From Actinospica sp. (lineage in GTDB: Bacteria; Actinomycetota; Actinomycetes; Streptomycetales; Catenulisporaceae): a DNA stretch of 34,766 nt. The notes below the pieces were generated by a model. It was given only the letters and a program-made list of their open reading frames with translations, was not told where the DNA came from and searched no databases. The stretch spans positions 1 to 34,766 of the forward strand of contig DASTAE010000287.1 in NCBI GenBank assembly GCA_035712985.1, given 5' to 3'. This document shows, one piece after another, positions 8,469 through 16,909 of the stretch (its first letter is position 1; every line of letters starts with the position of its first letter). The position numbers and the translations under genes were made by a program.

Positions 8469-9881
8469 ATGCTACCCGGCATGCGATTGAGCGCGCGGCC
8501 GACCGGCGGCGAACCGGGAGACCTCTCGCGGCCGACGGCGCTGCTGGTGGCCGGGGCCATGTTCATGGAACTGCTCGACGGCACGGCGCTGACCACGGCC
8601 GCGCCGCGGGTCGCCGCTGCCTTCGGCGTGGCGTCGGCCGCGATCGCCGTGCCGATCAGCGCGTACCTGATCACCGTCGCCGCGTTCATCCCGCTCGGCG
8701 GCTGGGCGGTGGACCGCTTCGGCGGGCGGCGGACGTTCGCGGCGGCGGTCACCCTGTTCACCGTGGCCTCGGCGCTGTGCGCGCTGGCGCCCGATCTGCC
8801 GCTGCTCGACCTGGCGCGGATCGCGCAGGGGGTCGGCGGCGCGATGATGGTCCCGGTCGGACGCCTCGTGGTGCTGCGCGGAATCCGGCGCGAGGAGGTG
8901 ATCCGCGCGGTCGCCTTCCTCACCTGGCCGGCGCTCGCGGCGCCGCTGCTGGGGCCGGTGCTCGGCGGACTGCTGGCCACGTACGCGTCCTGGCGCTGGA
9001 TCTTCCTGCTCAACGTCCCGCTCGGAGTGATCGCGCTCTGCCTCGTCCGCGCGATCCCCGCCGAGCGCGGCCCGGTCCGCCGCCTCGACGTGCCCGGCTG
9101 GTGGTGGACCGCCGTATGCCTCGGCAGCCTCACGGCGGGCGCGTCGATCGAGGCGATCCCCGGAGCCAGCGCCGCGGCCGCCGTCAGCTGCCTGATCATC
9201 GCCGTCGTCACCGGGGTCCTCGCCGTGCGACGGCTGCGGACGGCGCGGGAACCGCTGCTGCGCCTGGAGCCGCTGCGGATCCGCACCTTCCGCTTCGCCA
9301 ACGCGGGCGGCTCCGTCTTCCGCGTCGCCATCAACGCCGTGGCGTTCCTCGTGCCGCTGCTCTTCGTCGACTCCTTCGGCTGGACTCCTGCGCACGCGGG
9401 CGCGGCCTTCATCGCCCTCTACGCGGGGAACCTCGGCATCAAGCCGGCCACCACGCCGCTGCTCAAGCGCTTCGGCTTCCGCACGGTGGTAATAGGCGCG
9501 GTGCTGGGAGCCGTCGTCACCACCGCCCTCATCGCCACCCTGAGCGGGCGTACCCCGATTCTGCTGACGCTCGCGCTGCTGACGGCCAGCGGCTCCTTCC
9601 GCTCGATCGGCTTCACCGCCTACAACACCGTGACCTATGCCGACGTCCCGTCCGCCGACCTCAACGACGCCAACACCCTGTCGTCGGCGATCCAGCAGGT
9701 GGCCGTGGGCCTGGGAGCGGCGGCCGGGGCCCTGGCCATCCGCGCCTGCCTGGCGCTGGGAGTCCGCGACCCGTACCAGGGCGCCTTCCTCGTGGTGGCC
9801 GCCGCGCTCCTGATCCCCGCCCTCGAAGCGGCCCTCCTCCCACGCGACGTCGGCAGCGCGCTGACCGCCGCCTCGACCTGA
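8469..9881 (+). CDS. MFS transporter, DHA2 (EmrB/QacA-like, 14-TM) drug:H+ antiporter family.
   Basis: 470 aa. Multiple hydrophobic helices and the MFS motif G(x)3DRFGGRR after TM2. Divergent from the ABC operon. The start could alternatively be the ATG at 8481. Confidence 0.8.
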   Translation: MLPGMRLSARPTGGEPGDLSRPTALLVAGAMFMELLDGTALTTAAPRVAAAFGVASAAIAVPISAYLITVAAFIPLGGWAVDRFGGRRTFAAAVTLFTVASALCALAPDLPLLDLARIAQGVGGAMMVPVGRLVVLRGIRREEVIRAVAFLTWPALAAPLLGPVLGGLLATYASWRWIFLLNVPLGVIALCLVRAIPAERGPVRRLDVPGWWWTAVCLGSLTAGASIEAIPGASAAAAVSCLIIAVVTGVLAVRRLRTAREPLLRLEPLRIRTFRFANAGGSVFRVAINAVAFLVPLLFVDSFGWTPAHAGAAFIALYAGNLGIKPATTPLLKRFGFRTVVIGAVLGAVVTTALIATLSGRTPILLTLALLTASGSFRSIGFTAYNTVTYADVPSADLNDANTLSSAIQQVAVGLGAAAGALAIRACLALGVRDPYQGAFLVVAAALLIPALEAALLPRDVGSALTAAST

Positions 9882-9997
9882 GGTACTTGTATCTTCGGGA
9901 CAAACGATCTGTACTTCTGCGCCCTACCAGTGAAGTCAGCTGCCTGCTAAAGTCGCCGCGCGAACAACTGTGCGGTGTACAAGGTGGGGAGCGGAGC

Positions 9998-12400
9998 ATG
10001 TCGGGATCGGAATCCGCGGGTGGGCACGTGGAGGATCCTCCGGAGGAAGTGGGCGCGCCGGAACCCGAGGACGAGGCTCCGGAGCGGACCGTCGAGCAGA
10101 CCGCCGAGGTCGAGGAGACGACCGAGGCCGAAGCCGATGCGGGCGAAGAGGAAGAGGCAGCCGACCCGGAGGCGACGGTGCAGGCCCCGGCCGATCTCGC
10201 TCCGACGGTCGAGGCCCCGGCCGACCCGGCTGCCACCGTCGAGGCTCCGGCTGATCTGGCGCCGACCGAGGTGACGGCGCTGGCGACGAGCGGGCCGGCG
10301 ACGCAGCCGGTGGTTCCGCAGCAGCCGCAGCCGCAACCGCAGCAGGGCTTTGCGCCGCCTTCGATGCTGCCGGCGCAGCAAGCGCAGGCTCAGTTCCCGA
10401 TGCAGGCGCAGCAGCCTCAGCAGTTCCCGCAGCAGCCGCAGCCCCAGTACCCGGGCCAGCCGATGCCGATGCCGCAGCCGCCGCAGCAGCAGGCGCCCTA
10501 TGGCTACCCGGCGTACGGGCAGATGCCCGCTCAGTACCAGTCGATGCCGCTGCCCCTGATGAACGCGCCGGTGGATGCGGCGGTCGCGAAGCGGAAGCAG
10601 CGGCGGCGGTTCATGGTGGTGGGCGCGGTCGTGGTGCTCGCGCTCGTCGGGACCGGGATGTACGTGCTGCTGTCCGGCCGCAGCGGCGACTCCGTGGTCT
10701 CGCAGGTCACGTGCCGGCCGGCCAACCTCTCCTCGTGCCTGATCAAGGCGCCCAGCGGCGCCGTTCAGCTGGCCGCCGCCGGCAGTGACAACTGGCCTTC
10801 GCTGACCACGGCCACCCCGGATCAGTACGCTGCGGACTTCGTGACCGGCGTCCAGGGCGTCGGGGAGGAGACGCAGGGGCTGCTCGCGCAGGACGAGCTC
10901 AAGTCGATCGTGCACAACGACTGGAACGCCGTCGACGGGAACAACGTCGACATCGTGCTCCTCGAGTTCGACACCCAGAAGGGCGCCCAGGACTGGAACG
11001 CCACGCGGGCGGCCGAGATTCTCGCCGAGTATCCGGGTACGAACACGCCGATTCCGGGCGACGCGACCGGCGCGGCGCACGCCGCGGTGAAGGCGGATTC
11101 GAAGGGGAACTTCGACGCCGCGTACACGGCCGTGGTCGGGCGGATGGTGCTCGACGTCGCCTACTCGAGTCCGAGCCAGCTGAGCACGCCGGACCTGCGG
11201 AACTGGGCCGGGACCGAGCTCGCCTCGCTGAAGACCGAGCCGGCTCCCGCGACCGACCCGGCGCCCAAGGCCCCGGGAACGCAGCAGGTGGCGTGCAACT
11301 CGGGCCTGCAGTCCTGCCTGATGTCGGTGCCGGGGGACGGTTCGGCGTGGACCAGCCCGTCGGATTCGAAGTGGGTCTCCGGCGCCTCGCTGACCACCTC
11401 TCAGTTCGTCAGCCTGTTCTGGGAGAACGAGTCCGCCTCGCAGCAACAGCAGGTGCTCTCGAACTTCACCGCGGACGGCGTGACCGGGATCGCGCACGAG
11501 GACTGGACCGTCAACAGCGGCTACGAGCAGGCCGACATCTACCTCATCCAGACCATCACGGCCGCCGGCGCCTCGGCGCTGGACACCAGCAACTTCGGCG
11601 AGCCGCAGTGGGGTGGCGGGCTCAGCGGCGTGAGTTACAACGTGCCGAACGCGTCGGGGACCCAGGCCTGGTACACGAACAAGCAGGACTCGAACGGCTT
11701 CACCGACTTCGCGTACACCACGAACGTCGGCAACGTGATCGTGATGGGCTGGTTCTACTACTACGGGTCCTTCGACTCGGGCACCACGAACAGCTGGGTG
11801 ACCCCGGAGCTCGACCGCGTCCAAGCCAGCGAGCAGACACTTCCGCTGGGGCTTCTGCCGCTGAACAAGCCCACGCTGCCGGCCGCGAGCCAGGGGACGT
11901 GCTCGGGCGACTGCCTGATCGGGCTGCCGGGGAACACCACGGACACGACCTCCTCCTCGTACCAGACCACCAAGGCCCTGACCGCCGCCGGATACGCGGA
12001 CCGGTATGAGACCACTGCGAGCGCCGACGTGAACACGTGGCTCATGTCGGACGGGTTCGTCTCCGGCGAGCACCGTTCGTGGTCGGCCTCGGGCGGCGCC
12101 ACGGCCGACGCGGTGCTGCTGAAGTACGGCACGCCGGCCCAGGCGCAGGCGGCGACGCTGTTCGACTACGGCGCCAACGCGGCGAACAACCGCGTGTGCA
12201 CCGATACCGCGGTTCCGGGGTCGTACTGCCTGGCCGCACCGGTCAGCGCCGACGACATGCTGCAGAAGGAGACCGTCCGCGTGTTGGCGTGGAAGGGCGA
12301 CTACGAGGTCAGCGTCAGTGTGACGACCTCCAACTCGGCCGACCTGGCGCAGGCCTACGGCTGGGCGCAGCAGCAGCTGAACAAGCTGCCCGCCAACTGA
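9998..12400 (+). CDS. Large membrane-anchored protein (800 aa). It has an acidic disordered N-terminus with 3x10-aa tandem repeats, a Pro/Gln-rich tract and a single TM helix, followed by three divergent tandem copies of an unrecognised ~190-aa extracytoplasmic module.
   Basis: ATG at 9998 with a GGTGGGGA RBS 8-16 nt upstream. TM segment FMVVGAVVVLALVGTGMYVLL. The repeats start with C-x(6,7)-[SD]CL (TCRPANLSSCL, ACNSGLQSCL, TCSGDCL) and share an H-x-[DS]-W...[DA][IV]-x-L[LI] core. The upstream 407 codons of the 1207-aa track ORF overlap the MFS gene in another frame and are not called. Confidence 0.7.
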   Translation: MSGSESAGGHVEDPPEEVGAPEPEDEAPERTVEQTAEVEETTEAEADAGEEEEAADPEATVQAPADLAPTVEAPADPAATVEAPADLAPTEVTALATSGPATQPVVPQQPQPQPQQGFAPPSMLPAQQAQAQFPMQAQQPQQFPQQPQPQYPGQPMPMPQPPQQQAPYGYPAYGQMPAQYQSMPLPLMNAPVDAAVAKRKQRRRFMVVGAVVVLALVGTGMYVLLSGRSGDSVVSQVTCRPANLSSCLIKAPSGAVQLAAAGSDNWPSLTTATPDQYAADFVTGVQGVGEETQGLLAQDELKSIVHNDWNAVDGNNVDIVLLEFDTQKGAQDWNATRAAEILAEYPGTNTPIPGDATGAAHAAVKADSKGNFDAAYTAVVGRMVLDVAYSSPSQLSTPDLRNWAGTELASLKTEPAPATDPAPKAPGTQQVACNSGLQSCLMSVPGDGSAWTSPSDSKWVSGASLTTSQFVSLFWENESASQQQQVLSNFTADGVTGIAHEDWTVNSGYEQADIYLIQTITAAGASALDTSNFGEPQWGGGLSGVSYNVPNASGTQAWYTNKQDSNGFTDFAYTTNVGNVIVMGWFYYYGSFDSGTTNSWVTPELDRVQASEQTLPLGLLPLNKPTLPAASQGTCSGDCLIGLPGNTTDTTSSSYQTTKALTAAGYADRYETTASADVNTWLMSDGFVSGEHRSWSASGGATADAVLLKYGTPAQAQAATLFDYGANAANNRVCTDTAVPGSYCLAAPVSADDMLQKETVRVLAWKGDYEVSVSVTTSNSADLAQAYGWAQQQLNKLPAN
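10175..10264 (+). repeat. Three imperfect 30-bp tandem DNA repeats encoding T-V-[QE]-A-P-A-D-[LP]-A-[PA].
   Basis: Units at 10175-10204, 10205-10234 and 10235-10264, read directly. They lie inside the acidic N-terminal region of the 9998-12400 gene. Confidence 0.7.
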
Positions 12401-12419
12401 CGCAGGCGGCAAGACAGGC

Positions 12420-12902
12420 TCACGACTCGCTCACCTTCATCGGGGTGAGCGAGTCGCGTGTCAGGGGCTTGCGGCAGTGCGCGCAGCTCAGCTCCACGGC
12501 GACCGGCTCGCCGCAGTCATGCCGGAACTGCACGGCGGGCGCATCCACCGCCCACTTCTCTCCCCAGGTCAGCAGGCTGATCATCGCCGGGAACAGCTCG
12601 CGTCCGGCTTCCGTCAGGTGGTACTCGTACCGCGGCGGGTGCTCGCTGTAGAGGCGCCGCTCGATGATCCCGGCCGCCTCCAGCTTCCGTAGCCGGTCGG
12701 TGAGCACGTCGCGCGGCGCGCCCGTGTAGCCGACGATCCTCGCGAAGCGGTGCACCCCGTACCCCAACTCGCGCAGCGCGAGCAGCGACCACTTCTCGCC
12801 GACGATCTCCAGCGCCGCCGCCATCGTGCACGGACGGACCGCGAGGGGGGATTCGGCCAGGTCGAAGGGCTGATACCGGGGGGCTGCCCGCTGCGCGCTC
12901 AT
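12420..12902 (-). CDS. HxlR-family winged-helix transcriptional regulator (160 aa) with a Cys-containing C-terminal tail.
   Basis: Core ALEIVGEKWSLLALRELGYGVHRFARI...EYHLTEAGREL matches the HxlR-type HTH. The 3' part of the 634-aa track ORF. An internal ATG (MAAALEIV) is an alternative start. Confidence 0.8.
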   Translation of the reverse strand: MSAQRAAPRYQPFDLAESPLAVRPCTMAAALEIVGEKWSLLALRELGYGVHRFARIVGYTGAPRDVLTDRLRKLEAAGIIERRLYSEHPPRYEYHLTEAGRELFPAMISLLTWGEKWAVDAPAVQFRHDCGEPVAVELSCAHCRKPLTRDSLTPMKVSES

Positions 12903-12920
12903 GCGATCCAGCCTAGACCC

Positions 12921-12945
12921 AGTCGGTTGTCTTTTCCAACCGTCT
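12921..12945. promoter_or_regulatory. Inverted repeat AGTCGGTTG-N7-CAACCGTCT in the HxlR/MFS divergent intergenic region, a candidate operator.
   Basis: Read directly, one mismatch between the arms. A second weaker palindrome AGTTTGG-AATA-CCAACT lies at about 12963-12979. Confidence 0.4.
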
Positions 12946-12995
12946 CGGCTAGCCTCGCAGTAAGTTTGGAATACCAACTCACGTGAGGGTGGCCC

Positions 12996-14417
12996 ATGTC
13001 CCTGCCGCAGACCCAGGTGAAGCCGGCCGCCGCCGTGCCGCGCGACCATCCGCACGCCCTGCGCACCCTCGCGCTCGGCAGCCTCGGCGCCTTCGTCGTG
13101 TTCCTGGACACCACGATCGTGAACGTCGCCTTCGAGGCGATCAGCCACAGCTTCCACAGCACGACCGACCGGCTCGCCTGGGTGCTCAACGCCTACAGCC
13201 TGGTCTTCGCCGCCGCGCTGATCCCGGCCGGGCGGCTGGCCGACCGCTACGGCCGCAAGCGGCTGTTCCTGGTCGGCATGGGCGGATTCGCGCTGATGAG
13301 CGCGCTGTGCGGACTCGCCCCGAACGCCGAGGTGCTGATCGGCGGGCGCGCGCTGCAGGCCGCCTTCGCGGCGCTGATCACCCCGACCTCGCTCGCGCTG
13401 ATCCTGCCGGAGTTCCCGCCGGAGCGCCGTCCCTTCGCCATCGGCACCTGGGGCTCGATGAGCGCCGTGGCCGCCGCGCTCGGCCCGACGATCGGCGCGC
13501 TGCTCACGCAGTACGCGTCCTGGCGCTGGATCTTCCTGATCAATGTGCCGATCTGCGCGGCCGTCGTCCTCATCGGCCTGCGCACGCTGCGCGAGGGCCG
13601 CGATCCGCACGCCGAGGGCCTGCCGGACCCGCTCGGCGTGCTGCTGATCGCCGCCGTGCCGGCCGCGCTCAGCTTCTCGATCATCGAGGGGCCGCGCTGG
13701 GGGTGGACCGACGGCCGGGTCGTCGGCGGGTTCGTCGCCGCGGCCGTGCTGCTGCCGCTGTTCCTGCTGCGCAGCCGCGCCGCCCGCTTCCCGGCGATCG
13801 ACCTGAGCCTGTTCCGGGTCCGGCAGTTCACCGTCGTGAACGCCGCGACGCTGGTGTTCGCGGCGGCCTTCTACGGGACTCTGCTCTCGAACATCATCTT
13901 CCTGCAGACGGTCTGGCACTACAGCGTCCTGCGCGCCGCGCTCGCCAGCTCGCCGGGCCCGCTGGTCGTCGCGGTCGTGGCGCGGCAGTCCACGAAGCTG
14001 GCCCACCGCTTCGGACCGCGGATCGTGCTCACGATCGGCGCCGCCTGCTACGCCGCGGCCCTCGCCCTGTTCGCGGGCTCCATCGGCGCGCACTCGGAAT
14101 GGCTCGCGCACTGGCTGCCCATCTCGATGCTGATGGGCGTGGGCATCGGCATGACGCTGCCGGTCCAGTCGGGCGCCGCGGTGCAGACCCTGCCGCCCGC
14201 GCGCTTCGGGCTCGGCTCCGCGGTGAACGCGAGCTTCCGCCAGCTCGGCGCCGTGCTCGGGATCAGCCTGTTCGTCGCGGTCGTCGGCTCGCCGGGCCCG
14301 GCCGCCGCGGTCGACGCCTTCCACCGCACCTGGTGGCTGTTCGCGGCCTTCGGGGTCTTCAGCGGCCTGGTCTCCTGGACGCCGCGGCTGCGCGGCCGGG
14401 CTACGGCACGACCGTGA
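12996..14417 (+). CDS. MFS transporter, DHA2 drug-efflux family (473 aa).
   Basis: 14-TM pattern and the motif LADRYGRKRLF after TM2. GAGGGTGG RBS. Divergent from the HxlR regulator, the usual regulator-efflux arrangement. Confidence 0.9.
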   Translation: MSLPQTQVKPAAAVPRDHPHALRTLALGSLGAFVVFLDTTIVNVAFEAISHSFHSTTDRLAWVLNAYSLVFAAALIPAGRLADRYGRKRLFLVGMGGFALMSALCGLAPNAEVLIGGRALQAAFAALITPTSLALILPEFPPERRPFAIGTWGSMSAVAAALGPTIGALLTQYASWRWIFLINVPICAAVVLIGLRTLREGRDPHAEGLPDPLGVLLIAAVPAALSFSIIEGPRWGWTDGRVVGGFVAAAVLLPLFLLRSRAARFPAIDLSLFRVRQFTVVNAATLVFAAAFYGTLLSNIIFLQTVWHYSVLRAALASSPGPLVVAVVARQSTKLAHRFGPRIVLTIGAACYAAALALFAGSIGAHSEWLAHWLPISMLMGVGIGMTLPVQSGAAVQTLPPARFGLGSAVNASFRQLGAVLGISLFVAVVGSPGPAAAVDAFHRTWWLFAAFGVFSGLVSWTPRLRGRATARP

Positions 14418-14844
14418 CCGGCCAGCGGCCCGACTTCACCAGCCGCACCCCGACCGAGCCGAGGATGCGGTGCCCCGCCTGCTCGGAGGCGCCGATCACC
14501 AGCGCCTCCGCGCGGACCTCCTCGGCCGTCTTGACCAGTCCGCCGTAGGGGTCGCCCGGGCGGGTGCGGAACTCCCAGCTCGGCGCCGCGTCCGCGGGCA
14601 GCCGGTCCAGCGCCTCGTGGATCTGGGCCCTGATGTCGTCGGCGATCCCGCGCCCGGCCGCCGCGATCTCCGCCGCCGCCTGCGGGACCGCCCCCGCCCC
14701 GACCGGCTGGATATAGGCGATGACCAGCAGCGACCGCTGCCGCCGGGCGAGCCCGGCGGCGTACGCCCCGGCCCGCAGCGAGGAGCGGGAGCCGTCGATC
14801 CCCACCAGGATCACGCTCGGTCCGTCGCTGCCGAGTTCGAACAT
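14401..14844 (-). CDS. Universal stress protein (UspA family, 147 aa).
   Basis: ILVGIDGS...ATP-binding-type motif region GSVGVRLVKSGRWPVTVVP. AAGGAG RBS 6 nt upstream of the ATG at 14844. The upstream part of the 220-aa track ORF lacks an RBS and is not called. Confidence 0.85.
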   Translation of the reverse strand: MFELGSDGPSVILVGIDGSRSSLRAGAYAAGLARRQRSLLVIAYIQPVGAGAVPQAAAEIAAAGRGIADDIRAQIHEALDRLPADAAPSWEFRTRPGDPYGGLVKTAEEVRAEALVIGASEQAGHRILGSVGVRLVKSGRWPVTVVP

Positions 14845-15265
14845 GGATGCTCCTTCGGGGGGTCCGCGCTTCGTCCTCGATCCTTCCGCATCGCCGCGCC
14901 GGACGCCATCGAACCGGCCCTGCCGCGTCCCGGAAGGTGGTGCCGACGAAGGAGTCGACGGTGCCTGAGCGCCGGCGGGTCGGGTTCTCGTTGCCCGCCC
15001 ACTCGTAGTCCCATTGCCCGGCCGGCCCAGCGACACGGGAGGGACCGGCGTCTCTCGGAGCACTGCGAATCAGGGGACTCACCTCGGGAGATGTGGGAGG
15101 CCGCCGAGTTCACCCTGGAACCTCAGCGCGCTCCCCGCGTGACGTCCCCCGAACGGCGTAGCGCGCACGGCCTCCCGGGACGCCGTGCGCCGGGCCCGAA
15201 CCTAGGGTGGGGAGCGCTCGCACCCCCGCCGCAGGGCGGGGAATCCCAGTCGAGGAGGTTCACCC

Positions 15266-16084
15266 ATGAGCGCACCGACGACGACAGCCCACCGCCCCCC
15301 GCAGGTCGACGCGCGGCCCCCGCGTCCCTCGCTGCTCAGCAACGTGGAGAACGGCTGGTCGGCGCTGGCCGCCGAGTTCTTCGGCACCGCGATCCTGGTC
15401 TTCTTCGCGGTCGGCACCGCCGTGTACGCCGACGCCGCGGCGGGCGTGGTCGGCATCGCCCTGGCCTTCGGCTTCGTGCTCATCGCGCTCGTCTACACGA
15501 TCGGCGCGGTCTCCGGCTGCCACGTCAACCCGGCCGTCACGCTCGGCATGGTGCTCTCCGGCCGGATGAACGCGATCTGCGGCGCGCTGTACGCGATCGC
15601 GCAGTTCTGCGGCGGCATCATCGGAGCCCTGCTGCTCTACTGGGTCTCGCACTCGGTGCTCGCCCGCGCCGGCGGACCGTTCAGCCGGAACTCCTTCGGC
15701 GCCAACGGATACGGCGCCAACTCGGACCTGCACATCAGCACCGGCGGCGCGTTCCTGGTCGAGATCATCCTGACCGCGCTGCTGATCGTCGTCGTGCTCG
15801 GCGTCACCACGGGACCCGGCGTCAAGGGCCTCGAGGGCGTCGCCATCGGCACCGCGCTGACCGCGATCCACCTGGTCGGCATCCCGCTGACCGGCACCTC
15901 GGTCAACCCGGCCCGTTCGCTCGGCCCGGCGATCTTCGCGGACGACAACGCGATGAGCCAGGTGTGGCTGTTCATCGTCGCCCCGCTCTGCGGCGCGGTG
16001 GCCGGCGTCCTGATCCACACCGCGATCCGCGGCTACCGGGACCAGGTCGCCGAGGAGGCGGAGAAGGCGCGTCGCGCGTCCTGA
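15266..16084 (+). CDS. aqpZ: Aquaporin Z / MIP-family channel.
   Basis: Two NPA boxes (HVNPAVT, SVNPARS) and the six-TM MIP pattern. GAGGAGG RBS. Confidence 0.9.
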   Translation: MSAPTTTAHRPPQVDARPPRPSLLSNVENGWSALAAEFFGTAILVFFAVGTAVYADAAAGVVGIALAFGFVLIALVYTIGAVSGCHVNPAVTLGMVLSGRMNAICGALYAIAQFCGGIIGALLLYWVSHSVLARAGGPFSRNSFGANGYGANSDLHISTGGAFLVEIILTALLIVVVLGVTTGPGVKGLEGVAIGTALTAIHLVGIPLTGTSVNPARSLGPAIFADDNAMSQVWLFIVAPLCGAVAGVLIHTAIRGYRDQVAEEAEKARRAS

Positions 16085-16108
16085 TCCCCGCCCTCCCGGT
16101 TCGCCGGC

Positions 16109-16909
16109 TCAGCCCAATGCGACGGCGGCCTCGGCGGTCTGCGCGATGAAGGTCAGCGACTCCTGGAAGTACAGCCGCACGGTCTCCGCGTCGTGCGTCA
16201 GGTAGCCGATGGAGACGTCCTGGCCGAGGTGCAGCTCGAAGTCGCCGCCGCGGGTGCTGACCAGCAGGCCGGCGTCGATCGCGGGAGCCCAGACGATCTC
16301 GCCGCCGTCGCCGAGCATGCGGGTCAGGTGCTCGCGGATCGGGTAGCCGTGGTCGCTGGTCTCGGCCACGGCCGTGTATCCGTCGGCGGACAGCAGCAGG
16401 CTGTAGGGCCCTGCGACACCGGCGAGGCGCAGCGCGGTGAGCGCCTTCGCGAGGGCCGTCGGATACTCGCGGGGGTCCTCGGGAACGGTGATCGCCGCGT
16501 TCGATGCGGCCTGCCGGATGCCGGTGATCCCGGCCGCGGCGAAGCCGTCCACGATCGCGCGGTCCTCGGCGAAGGCCAGCTGCTTGGCGGCGTCCTTCAC
16601 CGGCTGCCAGTCCGCGTCCTTGGCGCCGCGCGCGACCGCGTCCACCGCGGACCGTCGCACGGTGAACGGCACCCGGAACCGCACGACGTTCGCCACCTCG
16701 TAGCAGCCCGCCTCCACGCCCGCGCTCGGCGCGTCCAGCGCGCGCAGATGCCCGGTGCCCACCGCCGCGAGGGTGAGCCCGGCCGGCCCGATCACGTCCA
16801 CGGCGCGGCGCGCGGCCACGTGCAGCTCGAAGGTGCGGCGCGCCTCGGCCTCGATGTCCGCCCAGGCCTCGTCGGCGATCGGGGCGAGTTCACGATGCAG
16901 GTTGTTCAC
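16109..16909 (-). CDS. enc: Family 1 encapsulin nanocompartment shell protein (linocin M18-like, HK97 fold), 266 aa.
   Basis: N-terminus MNNLHRELAPIADEAWADIEAEARRTF and overall length match family-1 encapsulins. The GTG start overlaps the stop of the upstream DyP gene (GTGA at 16906-16909). Confidence 0.9.
   Translation of the reverse strand: MNNLHRELAPIADEAWADIEAEARRTFELHVAARRAVDVIGPAGLTLAAVGTGHLRALDAPSAGVEAGCYEVANVVRFRVPFTVRRSAVDAVARGAKDADWQPVKDAAKQLAFAEDRAIVDGFAAAGITGIRQAASNAAITVPEDPREYPTALAKALTALRLAGVAGPYSLLLSADGYTAVAETSDHGYPIREHLTRMLGDGGEIVWAPAIDAGLLVSTRGGDFELHLGQDVSIGYLTHDAETVRLYFQESLTFIAQTAEAAVALG

Noticed and set aside
8777-9997. Upstream 407 codons of the 1207-aa plus-strand track ORF
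   Set aside because: They overlap the MFS gene in a different frame and are Arg/Pro/Gly-rich. The real start is the ATG at 9998 with a GGTGGGGA RBS.
9947-12412. 821-aa minus-strand ORF antisense to the large membrane protein gene
   Set aside because: No start context, Arg/Gly-rich nonsense composition, and the sense strand carries a coherent TM-plus-repeat protein.
12903-14324. 5' 474 codons of the 634-aa minus-strand ORF
   Set aside because: Antisense to the DHA2 MFS gene. Only the last 160 codons form a recognisable HxlR regulator with its own start.
14470-16149. 559-aa plus-strand ORF covering the USP-aqpZ intergenic region and aqpZ in another frame
   Set aside because: Arg/Pro/Gly-rich artefact. 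The aqpZ frame has NPA boxes and a GAGGAGG RBS.
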